Positions 20,075-29,927 of a stretch of DNA of 64,000 nucleotides are shown one piece after another. The stretch is from contig CAVUDW010000003.1 of assembly GCA_963740355.1 (NCBI GenBank), positions 768,001 to 832,000 of the forward strand. The letters run 5' to 3'. This stretch comes from an uncultured Gemmatimonadaceae bacterium (lineage in GTDB: Bacteria > Gemmatimonadota > Gemmatimonadetes > Gemmatimonadales > Gemmatimonadaceae). Below the pieces are notes generated by a model, which was not told where the DNA came from, did not search any database, and saw only the letters and a program-made list of their open reading frames with translations. Position 1 is the first letter of the stretch, and the number at the start of each line of letters is the position of its first letter. Both the position numbers and the translations under genes were made by a program.

Positions 20075-21534
20075 TGTCGGCCGAGCCGTCCGGTACCACG
20101 AAGTCATCACCGATGATTCCATTCTCGCCTGCTCCCGGCAAAGGCGAGCTACCGGCGCGGTTTCCCAGCCCGTTCGATCGGTCGGCAGTGCATCCACTCG
20201 CGCAACGCGCCGCGCTCGACATCATGGCCTTGCTGCGAAGCGATGCGGCGCGTGAGTGGTCTCTCGAGGCTGAAGGCGGCGGCAAGATGTTCGGCGCGCT
20301 GGTGGTCGAATCACGCGATGGCGTGGTCGGCTACCTGCGGGGCTTTTCCGGCATGGTGAACGGTCAGTGGGAGATCGATGGCTGGGTGCCGCCGAGCTTC
20401 GACAGCGGCGAGCGCGACGCCATCTGGATACCAGGCGAAGCAGAGATGCTGGCGTTGAGTGCGCGGCGCGTGGCATTGCTCACGGCACCGGCGAGCGACA
20501 TCGCGTCGGATGAACTCCTGATGCTGGATCTGGAACGCGCAGTACGGTCGCGCGAACTGTTGCCGCAGATTCAGGAGACCTACCGCTTCACGAATGCGCT
20601 GGGCGAGGTGCGCGGGGTGCGGGAACTCTTTGCACCGGCGCTCCCGCCGGGCGGTGCCGGTGACTGCGCGGCGCCAAAGCTGCTGGCGGAGGCGTATCGC
20701 CAGGGGCTGCGTCCCCTTGCGTTGGCCGAGTTCTGGTGGGGGGCGCCGCCGCGCACCGGCGATCGTCGCGCGGGCTCTTTCTATCCGGCGTGCCGAGGCA
20801 AGTGTGCACCGATTCTCGCCCACATGCTGCAAGGGCTTCCGGCCGATGAAACGCCGCTGTTCGGAGCCGACTTCATTGATGCGTCCGAGCCGGCGGTGGT
20901 GTTCGAGGACGAGTGGATCGTGATCGTCAACAAGCCGTGCGGTCTGCTCTCGGTGCCCGGGCGCAGTGGGTTGCTGCGCGACTCGGTGGCGACGAGGCTG
21001 CGCGCGCGATATCCCGACGCGACAGGCCCTCTGGTGGTGCATCGGCTGGACCTCGACACGTCAGGGCTGATGCTGATCGCGAAGGACACCACGACCTACG
21101 CCGCGTTGCAGCGACAGTTCGCACTGCGCGAGATCACCAAGCGCTACATCGCCTGGCTTGACGGCGATGTCCGTGGCGAGCGTGGCGTGATCGAATTGCC
21201 GTTGCGCGTCGACGTCGACGATCGACCACGGCAGATCCACGATCCTGAACATGGCAAGTCCGCGGTGACGAGATGGGAAGTGCTCTCGCGCGTTGACGGC
21301 CGCACCCAGGTCGCCTTGCACCCGCACACGGGCCGCACCCATCAGCTGCGTGTCCACGCGTCGCATCCACTCGGCCTTGATGCGCCGATCGTCGGTGATC
21401 GGCTGTACGGCCGCGCGGCGCCAGCGGAGGGCGAGAGGTTGATGTTGCACGCAGAGTCGCTGGAGTTCGTGCACCCGGTGACGGCGGAGCGAATCCAGGT
21501 CACGCAGCCGTCTGGACTCTTCTCCGCGAGTTGA
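20074..21534 (+). CDS. RluA family pseudouridine synthase with large N-terminal domain
   Basis: NKPCGLLSVPG, HRLDLDTSG, TGRTHQLRVH, IVGDRLYG, LHA. Confidence 0.93.
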   Translation: MSAEPSGTTKSSPMIPFSPAPGKGELPARFPSPFDRSAVHPLAQRAALDIMALLRSDAAREWSLEAEGGGKMFGALVVESRDGVVGYLRGFSGMVNGQWEIDGWVPPSFDSGERDAIWIPGEAEMLALSARRVALLTAPASDIASDELLMLDLERAVRSRELLPQIQETYRFTNALGEVRGVRELFAPALPPGGAGDCAAPKLLAEAYRQGLRPLALAEFWWGAPPRTGDRRAGSFYPACRGKCAPILAHMLQGLPADETPLFGADFIDASEPAVVFEDEWIVIVNKPCGLLSVPGRSGLLRDSVATRLRARYPDATGPLVVHRLDLDTSGLMLIAKDTTTYAALQRQFALREITKRYIAWLDGDVRGERGVIELPLRVDVDDRPRQIHDPEHGKSAVTRWEVLSRVDGRTQVALHPHTGRTHQLRVHASHPLGLDAPIVGDRLYGRAAPAEGERLMLHAESLEFVHPVTAERIQVTQPSGLFSAS

Positions 21535-21644
21535 CGGATGCATCAGCAACCGGCAGCGCAATTGCGAGAGTTTTAAGCTCGCATTGCGTGAATTCGATGT
21601 TGCGGAGCCTCGTAGCGTGAGGCAAGCGGCAGTACGATTTCGCC

Positions 21645-21845
21645 ATGAAAGTCCGCGAGATGATGCGCCTTCTGCGGGAGGATGGCTGGATACTTGTCAG
21701 GACTCGTGGCAGCCACCGGCAGTTCCGGCATCCGGTCAAGCCGGGGCTGGTCACACTCGCGGGCTCTGGCCGCATGGACCTAGCGGTAGGTACCTTACGG
21801 AGCATCCTGAAACAAGCTGACCTCAGGCCACAGGTCGAGGATTGA
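21645..21845 (+). CDS. hicA: HicA mRNA interferase toxin
   Basis: LREDGW...RGSHRQFRHP.KPGLVT...GTLRSILKQA. Confidence 0.93.
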   Translation: MKVREMMRLLREDGWILVRTRGSHRQFRHPVKPGLVTLAGSGRMDLAVGTLRSILKQADLRPQVED

Positions 21846-21848
21846 ATT

Positions 21849-22064
21849 ATGCACCGATATCTCGTCGTGATTGAACCGACCGCCGTCGGCTACTCCGCCT
21901 ACTCGCCGGACCTGCCAGGCTGCGCCGCGACTGGCACAACACAGGTTGAGATCGAGCAGGCGATGCGCGACGCCATCAAGTTTCATCTCGACGGTCTTCG
22001 CGTCGAGGGGCTACCGATTCCCCCCGGCGGCACCTCTGCGCGCTACATCGAAGTAGCGGCCTGA
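21849..22064 (+). CDS. hicB: HicB antitoxin (short, no DNA-binding domain)
   Basis: YSAYSPDLPGCAATG.T...AIKFHLDGL...PIP; GAGG upstream. Confidence 0.92.
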   Translation: MHRYLVVIEPTAVGYSAYSPDLPGCAATGTTQVEIEQAMRDAIKFHLDGLRVEGLPIPPGGTSARYIEVAA

Positions 22065-22082
22065 GACGTCGCCCGCGCGCCC

Positions 22083-22811
22083 CTACCCCGCGCGACGCAG
22101 CTGTTCGCGCTTGACCGCCGCATGCACATCGGCGGTCACCCAGGCGCTGCCGAACAGTGCCAGCTTGTCCAGCTCTTCCTTCGTGATACCACCGATCTCG
22201 CCGCGGTAGGCCGCCTTGATTGCGTTCATGCGATTTTGCGATGCGACGAGCTGGGGATGCGTCGCGATCGCCAGTGCGTGCACGCCCTCACGTTCTGCGA
22301 GGTGAGCCGCAACGCGCGCAGTGTGCAACGTGTGCACCTCGTGCACATTGGCCGTCGCCGGCAGGTATTCCGCAGAAATCAAGGCCGGGAGTGCGATGGC
22401 GGCAGCGCTGGCAGCGTTGCTGGTCACGACGAACGACCCGTCGCTGAACTCCGTCTCCATGTCCACCACCTTGCCCGGCAACTTGCGGAACAACCAGAGA
22501 AACAGGCGCAGGCCGAGCTTCTTGATGCGCGGATGGTAGAGCGCGGCCATCACGGTCCCGTCTTTCGAGAGCAGGCAACGAATCATCACCGGCATCAACA
22601 CACCGTTCGGCGTGTTGGTGATCGTCCTGTCCTCGACCGTCGCGACAGTGCGGAACCCGTTGCTCTCGAGTTGCCGGGCGGTGCGGGTGTAGAACCCCTG
22701 GTCGAGATGACCGAAACGCTTCGGATCGGCCGGCACGTACTCGTGTGCCGGTTGATACGTGGCCTCGATCATGGCCAGGATGTTGTGCGCAGCCTGCTCG
22801 GTTGGTTCCAT
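22083..22811 (-). CDS. Hypothetical protein
   Basis: Coherent ORF with GC3 bias filling the gap between hicB and the DUF2306 gene. Confidence 0.65.
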   Translation of the reverse strand: MEPTEQAAHNILAMIEATYQPAHEYVPADPKRFGHLDQGFYTRTARQLESNGFRTVATVEDRTITNTPNGVLMPVMIRCLLSKDGTVMAALYHPRIKKLGLRLFLWLFRKLPGKVVDMETEFSDGSFVVTSNAASAAAIALPALISAEYLPATANVHEVHTLHTARVAAHLAEREGVHALAIATHPQLVASQNRMNAIKAAYRGEIGGITKEELDKLALFGSAWVTADVHAAVKREQLRRAG

Positions 22812-22936
22812 GGCTCTGACGGGGCAGCGAGGGGAGGACATCGCCTGGACGGGCGCTGATCACCCGTTTACCGACGCGCGATGCTCGAGGCTGGTAACAC
22901 CGCACCGGAGCATGTCGCGAATCAGCGCCCCCGGCG

Positions 22937-23839
22937 TCACCGCATCCGCGGCAACCACATCCCCATGGCGGCGGCGAATATGCCCGCCGCGGTGCCGCAG
23001 GTGAGGATCGCTAGCCCGGCTGCCACCATCAGCCGTCCCCGCACCTCCCCGCGCTCCTGCGCCCAGAGGTACGCCTCGAGCACCGCCAGCGGGATCAGCG
23101 ACTCTGCGAACGCGAGCGCCGTAAGAAGTGGCCCCTGAAAGGTCTGCGGGTCGAAGCCGACGGGACGCCGGTGAATCAGCAACCACAACATCAGTCCCAC
23201 CCGAAAGAACCACACCCCGCTGGCGACGAGGAAGAGTCGCAGCGCCCAGCGGCGATGCGCCGCGAACCGCCGCTGCCTGGCGGCGCGCCAGGCCAGCACC
23301 GCGAAGGTCATCATCAAGCTGGCGTTCAAGGTCGACGCGAGGTGCTGCCCAGTGTTGCCGACCGTGCCACGAAACCAGACGAGATACAGACCGCCAAGGC
23401 TGATCAGCAGCGCAGCCACGATATACGCGCGACCTGTGACACGGTGCAGCGCAGGCCATCGCTGCCGTACCATGGGCAGCAGTTGCATGGCGCCTGCAAG
23501 GATGATCACGAGCGCCAGCATCAGGTGCGTGATGACCGTGGCGTTGCCGATCGTGTCGCCCCGGATATAGCCCTTCGGCATCACGGTGCTGAGCACCGTC
23601 GGGTCACCACGCAGGGCGCCGCCGCCATACAGCCAGGTGATATACGCCGCGAAGAAGAGCTGCCCTGCTACTGCGACCACGAACCAGCCCGTCGCCGCCC
23701 AGCGCAGTGGGACGCGCCCACGTCCCGACGCCGCTGGCCCGCGGTCTGCCGCGCTGCCTTTCGCCATCGACGCTTCTCGACGCACTGGATCAGCAGGGCT
23801 GACCTGCAACTGCGCATTCGTGGATGGTATCACCGCCAT
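22937..23839 (-). CDS. DUF2306-type membrane protein
   Basis: Multiple TM segments; LHRVTGRAY and HRRWALRLF motifs. Confidence 0.8.
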   Translation of the reverse strand: MAVIPSTNAQLQVSPADPVRREASMAKGSAADRGPAASGRGRVPLRWAATGWFVVAVAGQLFFAAYITWLYGGGALRGDPTVLSTVMPKGYIRGDTIGNATVITHLMLALVIILAGAMQLLPMVRQRWPALHRVTGRAYIVAALLISLGGLYLVWFRGTVGNTGQHLASTLNASLMMTFAVLAWRAARQRRFAAHRRWALRLFLVASGVWFFRVGLMLWLLIHRRPVGFDPQTFQGPLLTALAFAESLIPLAVLEAYLWAQERGEVRGRLMVAAGLAILTCGTAAGIFAAAMGMWLPRMR

Positions 23840-24004
23840 GTGCTCGCTCGCTGAAACCGCGGTGACCCACCGCCGTAGATGATGCAGATGTCGGCTGCGA
23901 TCCCTGACCGACTGCGATGCTTCGATCCTACGATTCCCGGGTGGTGCCAACCATGACTGCACAGATCAGAATCATGATCCCACGTGACATGGCGAGCTCT
24001 TGGC

Positions 24005-25024
24005 ATGAGTGAACCGACCATCGGCGCAGGGTACGCCGTTGGCCTGCTGGCCTATGCCGCCGACGCTGGCGCGGATCGAACCCTGTTGCTCGAGCAGGCC
24101 GACATTCATGAGCGGGCGCTCGAGGATCATTTCAATCGCGTCCCACTCTCGCGATACATCGCGCTCGTGCGATCAGCAGCGGCGATGTGCGAAGATGCCG
24201 AGTTTGCGCTGCACTTCGGGCTGTCGTCGAACTGCGCCGACCTGTCGATCATCGCAATGATCGGGAGCGCGTGCGAGACAGTGCTGGAGGCACTCGCACA
24301 GCTGAACCGATACGGCAGGCTGGCCGTCGACATCGGTGGCATACGCGGCGACGAACACTACCGGCTGGAGCACGATCGCCAGGGTGTCTGGCTGGTCGAT
24401 GACCGACAACACCACGGCCTCTGTCCGGAGTTGAACATTGCGACGCTGGTCCGCATGGCGTCGAACATCCAGAAGGGGTTCGGCGCGAGCTATGTGCGCG
24501 AAGTGCGGTTCAGTTGTGCGGCACTTGGCAACGCCTCCGAGTACGAGGCACGGCTCGGGGTTCGCGTGCAGTTCGGTCGCGAGCAGAATGCAATCCTGCT
24601 CGATCCGGCGTGGATGTCACAGCGGATCGGACGCGCCCCTCGCTACACCTTCGGCGTACTGACCGCGCACGCGGACGCGCTGATGCGTGACCTCGAACAG
24701 TCTCGCACCACACGCGGTCGAGTCGATGCCGCATTGCTGCCGATGCTCCACACCGGTGAGGTGAGCATGGACCGGGTCGCGCAACAGCTGGCGATGAGTC
24801 GCGCCACGCTCTATCGCTCGCTGAAGGCGGAGGGTGCGACATTCGAGCAGGTGCTCGATGGCGTGCGGCATCGCATGGCGCTGCACCACCTGGCGCAGCC
24901 GCGGGCGACCGTCAATCAGGCATCGCACCTGCTTGGATTCTCGGACCCAGCGGCGTTCTCGCGAGCCTTCAAGCGATGGACCGGCCACAGTCCACGCGCC
25001 TCCGTGCAGGCTGCCGCAGGCTGA
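24005..25024 (+). CDS. AraC family transcriptional regulator (OruR/ArgR-like ligand domain)
   Basis: C-terminal LAMSRATLYRSL and LLGFSDPAAFSRAFKRWTG.SP; divergent from the DUF2306 gene. Confidence 0.92.
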   Translation: MSEPTIGAGYAVGLLAYAADAGADRTLLLEQADIHERALEDHFNRVPLSRYIALVRSAAAMCEDAEFALHFGLSSNCADLSIIAMIGSACETVLEALAQLNRYGRLAVDIGGIRGDEHYRLEHDRQGVWLVDDRQHHGLCPELNIATLVRMASNIQKGFGASYVREVRFSCAALGNASEYEARLGVRVQFGREQNAILLDPAWMSQRIGRAPRYTFGVLTAHADALMRDLEQSRTTRGRVDAALLPMLHTGEVSMDRVAQQLAMSRATLYRSLKAEGATFEQVLDGVRHRMALHHLAQPRATVNQASHLLGFSDPAAFSRAFKRWTGHSPRASVQAAAG

Positions 25025-25052
25025 ACAGACAGCATGCGGCCAGCTCGGCCGC

Positions 25053-26765
25053 TCAGGGCATCCGCTGATACACGACGCGACCGCCAACGACGGTCGTCTG
25101 CACCTTCATCGCGGCCAGTTGCGCCTGCGTGGCCTGAAACGGATCGCGGTCGAGCAGGATGAAGTCAGCCAGCTTCCCAGGCGTGATAGACCCTTCGCGA
25201 GTCTGACGTCCGCCTGCCACTGCCGCGCCCATCGTGTATGCCGCGATGGCCGTCGCCACATCGAGGCGTTCACTCGGCACGAAGCCCTGCACCGGCAATC
25301 CCTTTTCTGTCTGCCGATTGACGGCCACCTGCACGCCGGGCCAGGGATTCAGGGTCACCACCGGCCAGTCGCTACCGAATGCGATCCCGCCGCCACCACT
25401 CGCGATCTGTTTCCACACCCACGCGCGGCCCGAGCGCGCCGGCCCGATGGCCATGGTCCACGCGCCCTCGCCCTCGGTGCCCTCCGGATAGGCGTGCAAC
25501 GGCTGCATGCTCGCAATCACACCGTCACGCCCGAACCGCGCCACATCGGCCGTATCGATGGTCTCGATATGCTCGATGCGCTGGATCCGCTCGCGTGGTC
25601 CATTCGCCAGGCGTGCCGCTGCATAGGCATCGAGCACCGTGCGAACGCCGCGATCGCCGATGGCGTGGGTCATGACACGAACGCCCTTCGCGTCGAGCTC
25701 CGTGACTGCCTGCGTGAAGGCGTCCACTGGCCAGAACAGAGTGCCTGTGGTGGTCGAATCGGTCGTATAGGGCGCCAGCATGGCAGCGGTGTGCGACTCG
25801 ATCACACCATCGATCATCAGCTTCGCGAGATTTGCCGAGACCCAATCTCCGTGATAGCGCTGCCGCGCACTGTCGATCTTCGCCATCAACGCAGGCGGCA
25901 TCACCGGCGGGTCGACAAAGACTCCAACATCGAATCGCACCGGCAGTGCTCCAGCCACACGGAGTGAGTCCAGCAGCGGCAGCAGCTCGAAGTCGCCGTG
26001 CGCACTGTGCACCCGCGTCACGCCAAGGCTGCTCGCGTATTTCAGGCCGATCAACAGTGCATTGCGGTTCTCGGCCGCAGTCGGCGCTGCAATGAGCTTG
26101 CCGACCAGCTGCGACGCGCGCTCCTTCAGCGCGCCAGTGGCCTCACCATCGGCGCCGCGGACGATGATGCCGTTGGGTGGATTCGGCGTCTCACGTGTGA
26201 TTCCAGCCAGCGCCAGCGCCTTGCTGTTCACCCAGCTGGTGTGACCATCGTAGGCGCTCAGCTGCACTGGTCGATCTGGAAAGAGATCGTCCAGGTCACG
26301 CTTGCTCGGCATGCCGTCACCACCGATCATGCCGTACGTCCAGCCGCGGCCGAGGACCCAGCCCGTGCCAGGGTTCTTCGCCTTCCACGCTGCCAGTTGC
26401 GCACGCAGGTCAGCCATGTTCTTTGCATCGCCCAGCGCCACGCGAGCAAGCGCCAGGGAACCCATGATGAAGTGCACGTGGGTATCGGTGAAGCCCGGCA
26501 GCAACGTCCGGCCGCGGGCATCGATCACACGGGTGCGTCGACCGATGCGGGTGCGGATCTCCGCATCAGTCCCCACCGCCACGATCGTGTCGCCGGCAAT
26601 GGCTAGCGCCTCGGCACGCGGGTGCGCCGGATCGACCGTCCAGATGGCCGCGTGCAGGACGACCAGGTCAGCGGGAGCAACACTCGTCGCAACGCGCTGC
26701 GCCTGCGCGCGAGCGGTGACGAGGAGGGCGACGCTGGCGAGCGTGACGAGGAGGCGTGATTGCAT
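25053..26765 (-). CDS. Amidohydrolase 3 (YtcJ-like), secreted
   Basis: PGFTDTHVH, DGH, KLMIDG, HAIGDRG, RIEHIE, FGSDWPV, GKLADF. Confidence 0.92.
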   Translation of the reverse strand: MQSRLLVTLASVALLVTARAQAQRVATSVAPADLVVLHAAIWTVDPAHPRAEALAIAGDTIVAVGTDAEIRTRIGRRTRVIDARGRTLLPGFTDTHVHFIMGSLALARVALGDAKNMADLRAQLAAWKAKNPGTGWVLGRGWTYGMIGGDGMPSKRDLDDLFPDRPVQLSAYDGHTSWVNSKALALAGITRETPNPPNGIIVRGADGEATGALKERASQLVGKLIAAPTAAENRNALLIGLKYASSLGVTRVHSAHGDFELLPLLDSLRVAGALPVRFDVGVFVDPPVMPPALMAKIDSARQRYHGDWVSANLAKLMIDGVIESHTAAMLAPYTTDSTTTGTLFWPVDAFTQAVTELDAKGVRVMTHAIGDRGVRTVLDAYAAARLANGPRERIQRIEHIETIDTADVARFGRDGVIASMQPLHAYPEGTEGEGAWTMAIGPARSGRAWVWKQIASGGGGIAFGSDWPVVTLNPWPGVQVAVNRQTEKGLPVQGFVPSERLDVATAIAAYTMGAAVAGGRQTREGSITPGKLADFILLDRDPFQATQAQLAAMKVQTTVVGGRVVYQRMP

Positions 26766-26830
26766 CACAGGTACATACAACGAGCGCGCCGTCCGGTCGA
26801 GTGGGCGGCGCGCTCGGACCACGCCGACGG

Positions 26831-27217
26831 TCAGACCGACTGCACGCGCTTGCCCAACGGTGCGAACGACACCGCCGCGAGGCGGAAGTGCGCAAAACCG
26901 AAAGGAATACCGAAGATCGTGACGCAGTACGCGATGCCGGCCAGCACGTGCGAAATCCAGAGCCAGATGCCGGCGAAAATCACCCACAACACGTTGGCCA
27001 GCTCGGTGCCCGCAATCTGGCTTCCGCCGAGGTCGCGCACATCCACCAGTGTCCGACCGAAGGGCCAGGCGGCAAAACCGGCAATGCGGAACGCCGCAAC
27101 CGCGAATGGCAGGCCGACGACGGTGATCGCCAGCAGGCACCCCAGAAACATCCAGGCGAGACCGGCGAAGAACCCACCGCCGATGACGAACCAGAGGAGA
27201 TTGAGGATCAGGGTCAT
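26831..27217 (-). CDS. yccF: YccF domain inner membrane protein
   Basis: Duplicated NLLW..GG...ITVVGLPF / NVLW..GIW...TIFGIPFG..PLG. Confidence 0.9.
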   Translation of the reverse strand: MTLILNLLWFVIGGGFFAGLAWMFLGCLLAITVVGLPFAVAAFRIAGFAAWPFGRTLVDVRDLGGSQIAGTELANVLWVIFAGIWLWISHVLAGIAYCVTIFGIPFGFAHFRLAAVSFAPLGKRVQSV

Positions 27218-27363
27218 GTCGAGGTCGAGGTGTTGCGAGAAGTCAGCGTGCGAGGTCCAGCTGTCTTCATCGTACGCACGTACGCCCCGTTTGATTCACC
27301 CGGCCCGCTAGGCGCACGCCTGCGGCGTTCGCCACTGGAACCAGTTCGCGAAGACTGGCGCGC

Positions 27364-28338
27364 CTACTTCGTCCAGATCCCGATCGTGCCGCAGGGGTTC
27401 GAAACCCCCATCGTAAGATCGGCCGGCACGCCGGCAATGCCGTTGTAGACCTCGATGCCCGCCAGATCGAGCGTGTTCACCATGTCGTCCAGCGCCATGC
27501 CACTGAGCTGCGGCGCAGGAAATCCGTTGATGAAGAGTCCCATCACGCAGCCGCCGCGACCGATGATCATGCTCGATCCGTTCGCGTCCCGACGCACCTG
27601 GACGCCGGCAATGCTGCGGAACAGGTCCGTCGGCTGCGCGGGATGCCGCTCGTAGATGGCCTTGTCGGTGAGGATGGTGCCCCAGCCCGACGGTCGCTCG
27701 GCGCGGCGGAGGAACGCGCGCATGCGCACCGGATACCGTGTGGCGCGCACAACGACGAGGCCAAGATTCTGGCCTGCAAACTGTCGCATCACGATCCGGG
27801 TACGGGTGGACGTGGTGTCACTGAGGTTGATGGTGAGAAACGTCGGTGAATAACCGACCTTTCGTGCCCGCACGAGATGCATGCGGGGCGGCAGGTTGCG
27901 GATGGTGAACCGACCAAGGGTGTCCGACTGGCTCTCGAGCAGCGCGGTCATGACCTCGATACTCGCTGCGCGTACAGGCCGGCCAGCGGAGTCGACGACC
28001 GTGCCATGCAGCGTCCGCGGATCGGTCTTGTCGAGCAACAGCTGTACCTCGACGTCTGGCGCGGTGTCAGCAGCCGACGTGACGTTCGCCTCGATTTCGC
28101 CGAGCAACAGGCCATCGCGTTCGAAACGAACGCGGATTCGACCGGCTGGCATCGGGGCAAGGCGAAAGTTGCCCGCCGAGTCTGACAACGTCTTCACGCG
28201 TCCGCTCGACACCTCGACGCGTGGAAGCGCGCGTCCGGTGGAGTCGCGAACGGTGCCACGCAGCTCGGGCATCGCCTGACCGGACAGCGCAGCGGCAAAG
28301 AGGGAGAGCAGGCCAAGGGCAACAAGGGCATTCCGCAT
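27364..28338 (-). CDS. Two carboxypeptidase-regulatory-like domains plus TonB plug-like C-terminus, no barrel
   Basis: Signal peptide; two GTV.DS.GR repeats; DLFRSIAGV, FING, IEVY, CGTIGIWTK. Confidence 0.75.
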   Translation of the reverse strand: MRNALVALGLLSLFAAALSGQAMPELRGTVRDSTGRALPRVEVSSGRVKTLSDSAGNFRLAPMPAGRIRVRFERDGLLLGEIEANVTSAADTAPDVEVQLLLDKTDPRTLHGTVVDSAGRPVRAASIEVMTALLESQSDTLGRFTIRNLPPRMHLVRARKVGYSPTFLTINLSDTTSTRTRIVMRQFAGQNLGLVVVRATRYPVRMRAFLRRAERPSGWGTILTDKAIYERHPAQPTDLFRSIAGVQVRRDANGSSMIIGRGGCVMGLFINGFPAPQLSGMALDDMVNTLDLAGIEVYNGIAGVPADLTMGVSNPCGTIGIWTK

Positions 28339-28398
28339 CGATCCACTCCGAAACCGGCTGGTGACGCGGTAAAGCTAGCGGCCTGCGCGTCGGGCGGA

Positions 28399-29778
28399 TC
28401 AGTCGCCTCGCGGCGTGGCGTCGATGGCGCGATCCGTGCGCGTCTGGTTCGCCATCGGACGATGCGCAGCCCACCAGACGGCGATGCCGATCACCAGTGT
28501 GCTGAGTCCGGCCACCGATTCCAGCGGCCGCTCGGTCAGCAACGTGCCGAGCGCCCAGAGGCTGAGCGCGGTGTAGACGAGCGGCGTGAGCGGATACCCC
28601 CACGCCCGGTATGGTCGGTGTGTGCCGCGCATCGTCCACCGCAGCCGCACCATGCCCAGCACGGTGAGTAGCGACATCAGGTTGAGCGTGAAGCCGGTAT
28701 ACAGCATCACCTGCTCGAAGGAGTTGGTGAGCATCAGCGCCACGATCAACACCAGTTGGACGATGATGGCATTTCGCGGCACGCCGTTCTCGGCACGTGT
28801 GCCAAGGAATTTCCAGCGCGGCAGGTCCGCCGCAACTGCCTGTGTCACGCGCGAGCCGCCAAGCACCATCGCACTGATGGTCGCAACCAATACGGTCGCA
28901 ATCGTGGCACTCATCACCACCGATCCGGTGCGACCGAACATCGCCGCCGCTGACAATGCGCCAACTTCGACATGCCCTGATAACGTCGCGAGGGGCACGG
29001 TGCGGAGGAAACTCCAGTTGAGTCCAACGAACAAGGCCGTCACGAGGCCAGTGCCGAGCACCAGCGCTCGTGGGATGGTCCGTTGCGGCTCCGCGATCTC
29101 GCCGGCGATGTACCCTGCCGCATTCCAGCCGGTGAACGCGTACGACACGTACACCAGCGACACCGCGAATGGCGCCGACACGATCTCGCGCCAGGCAGCC
29201 ACGTCGAGCGACATCGATGTCGAGACTGGATTCCGGAACCGAAGTGCGGCCGCGATGAAGGCAAGGATCAACACCAGTTGTGTTGTCGTGATTGCGACCT
29301 GAAATCGCTTCGCCGCGTGCAAGCCAGCGAGGTGAACGACCGCCACCAGTCCCACCACCAACAGCGAAGCCGCCAACGATGGCAGGGGGACGATGGCCGA
29401 GACGTAGCGGCCAAAGGCTATGCCGGCGAGCGCTATCGGCGCTGCGAACCCGGCAGTCATGGAGACCCATCCACCGAGAAACCCTGCCATCGGATGCCAC
29501 GACCGTGCTAGATACACGTACTCGCCGCCGCAGTGCGGAAACATCGTTCCCAATTCGGCATAGGCGAGCGCACCACACAATGCGATGATGCCGCCGACCG
29601 CCCACAACGACAGCAGCGCGCCCCCCGTGTGCAGCACCGTGGCCTGGAATCCCAGTGCCGTGAAGACCCCGGTACCGATCATGTTGGCCACCAGCACCGA
29701 CGTCGACGCCGCGGTGCCGTAATGGCGCAACCGGTCATCCGACACAGCCATCGGGACCTCGGACTGCGGAGCGACCAT
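28399..29778 (-). CDS. APC family amino acid permease
   Basis: NMIGTGVF, YAELG..FP..GGEY, YAFTGWN, EI.EPQRTIPR, RPYRAWGYP. Confidence 0.92.
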   Translation of the reverse strand: MVAPQSEVPMAVSDDRLRHYGTAASTSVLVANMIGTGVFTALGFQATVLHTGGALLSLWAVGGIIALCGALAYAELGTMFPHCGGEYVYLARSWHPMAGFLGGWVSMTAGFAAPIALAGIAFGRYVSAIVPLPSLAASLLVVGLVAVVHLAGLHAAKRFQVAITTTQLVLILAFIAAALRFRNPVSTSMSLDVAAWREIVSAPFAVSLVYVSYAFTGWNAAGYIAGEIAEPQRTIPRALVLGTGLVTALFVGLNWSFLRTVPLATLSGHVEVGALSAAAMFGRTGSVVMSATIATVLVATISAMVLGGSRVTQAVAADLPRWKFLGTRAENGVPRNAIIVQLVLIVALMLTNSFEQVMLYTGFTLNLMSLLTVLGMVRLRWTMRGTHRPYRAWGYPLTPLVYTALSLWALGTLLTERPLESVAGLSTLVIGIAVWWAAHRPMANQTRTDRAIDATPRGD

Positions 29779-29876
29779 GGTGGCTGGAGAGGGTCAGTGA
29801 AGACGCAAACCACGAGGTGGGTCAGACGCGTCGCAATAGCACTCCGTGCGACTCGTCACACTGCGGCCAGATACGA

Positions 29877-29910
29877 CACGGGGCCCGGCGCGATGTCCGG
29901 ACCCCGAGTG
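29877..29910 (-). terminator. Hairpin after TonB receptor gene (terminator or mRNA stabiliser)
   Basis: Minus-strand stem CGGGGUCCGG / CCGGGCCCCG including a G-U pair; weak U tail. Confidence 0.45.
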
Positions 29911-29927
29911 GTACTTACGGCAGCCAG

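Noticed and set aside
13084..22811. Integron or genomic island suggested by two TA pairs and hypothetical genes
   Set aside because: No integrase, attC-like sites, flanking direct repeats or obvious composition shift; gene orientations are mixed
28067..29605. 512-aa same-strand alternative-frame ORF
   Set aside because: Off-frame overlap with the APC permease; Arg-rich and without motifs
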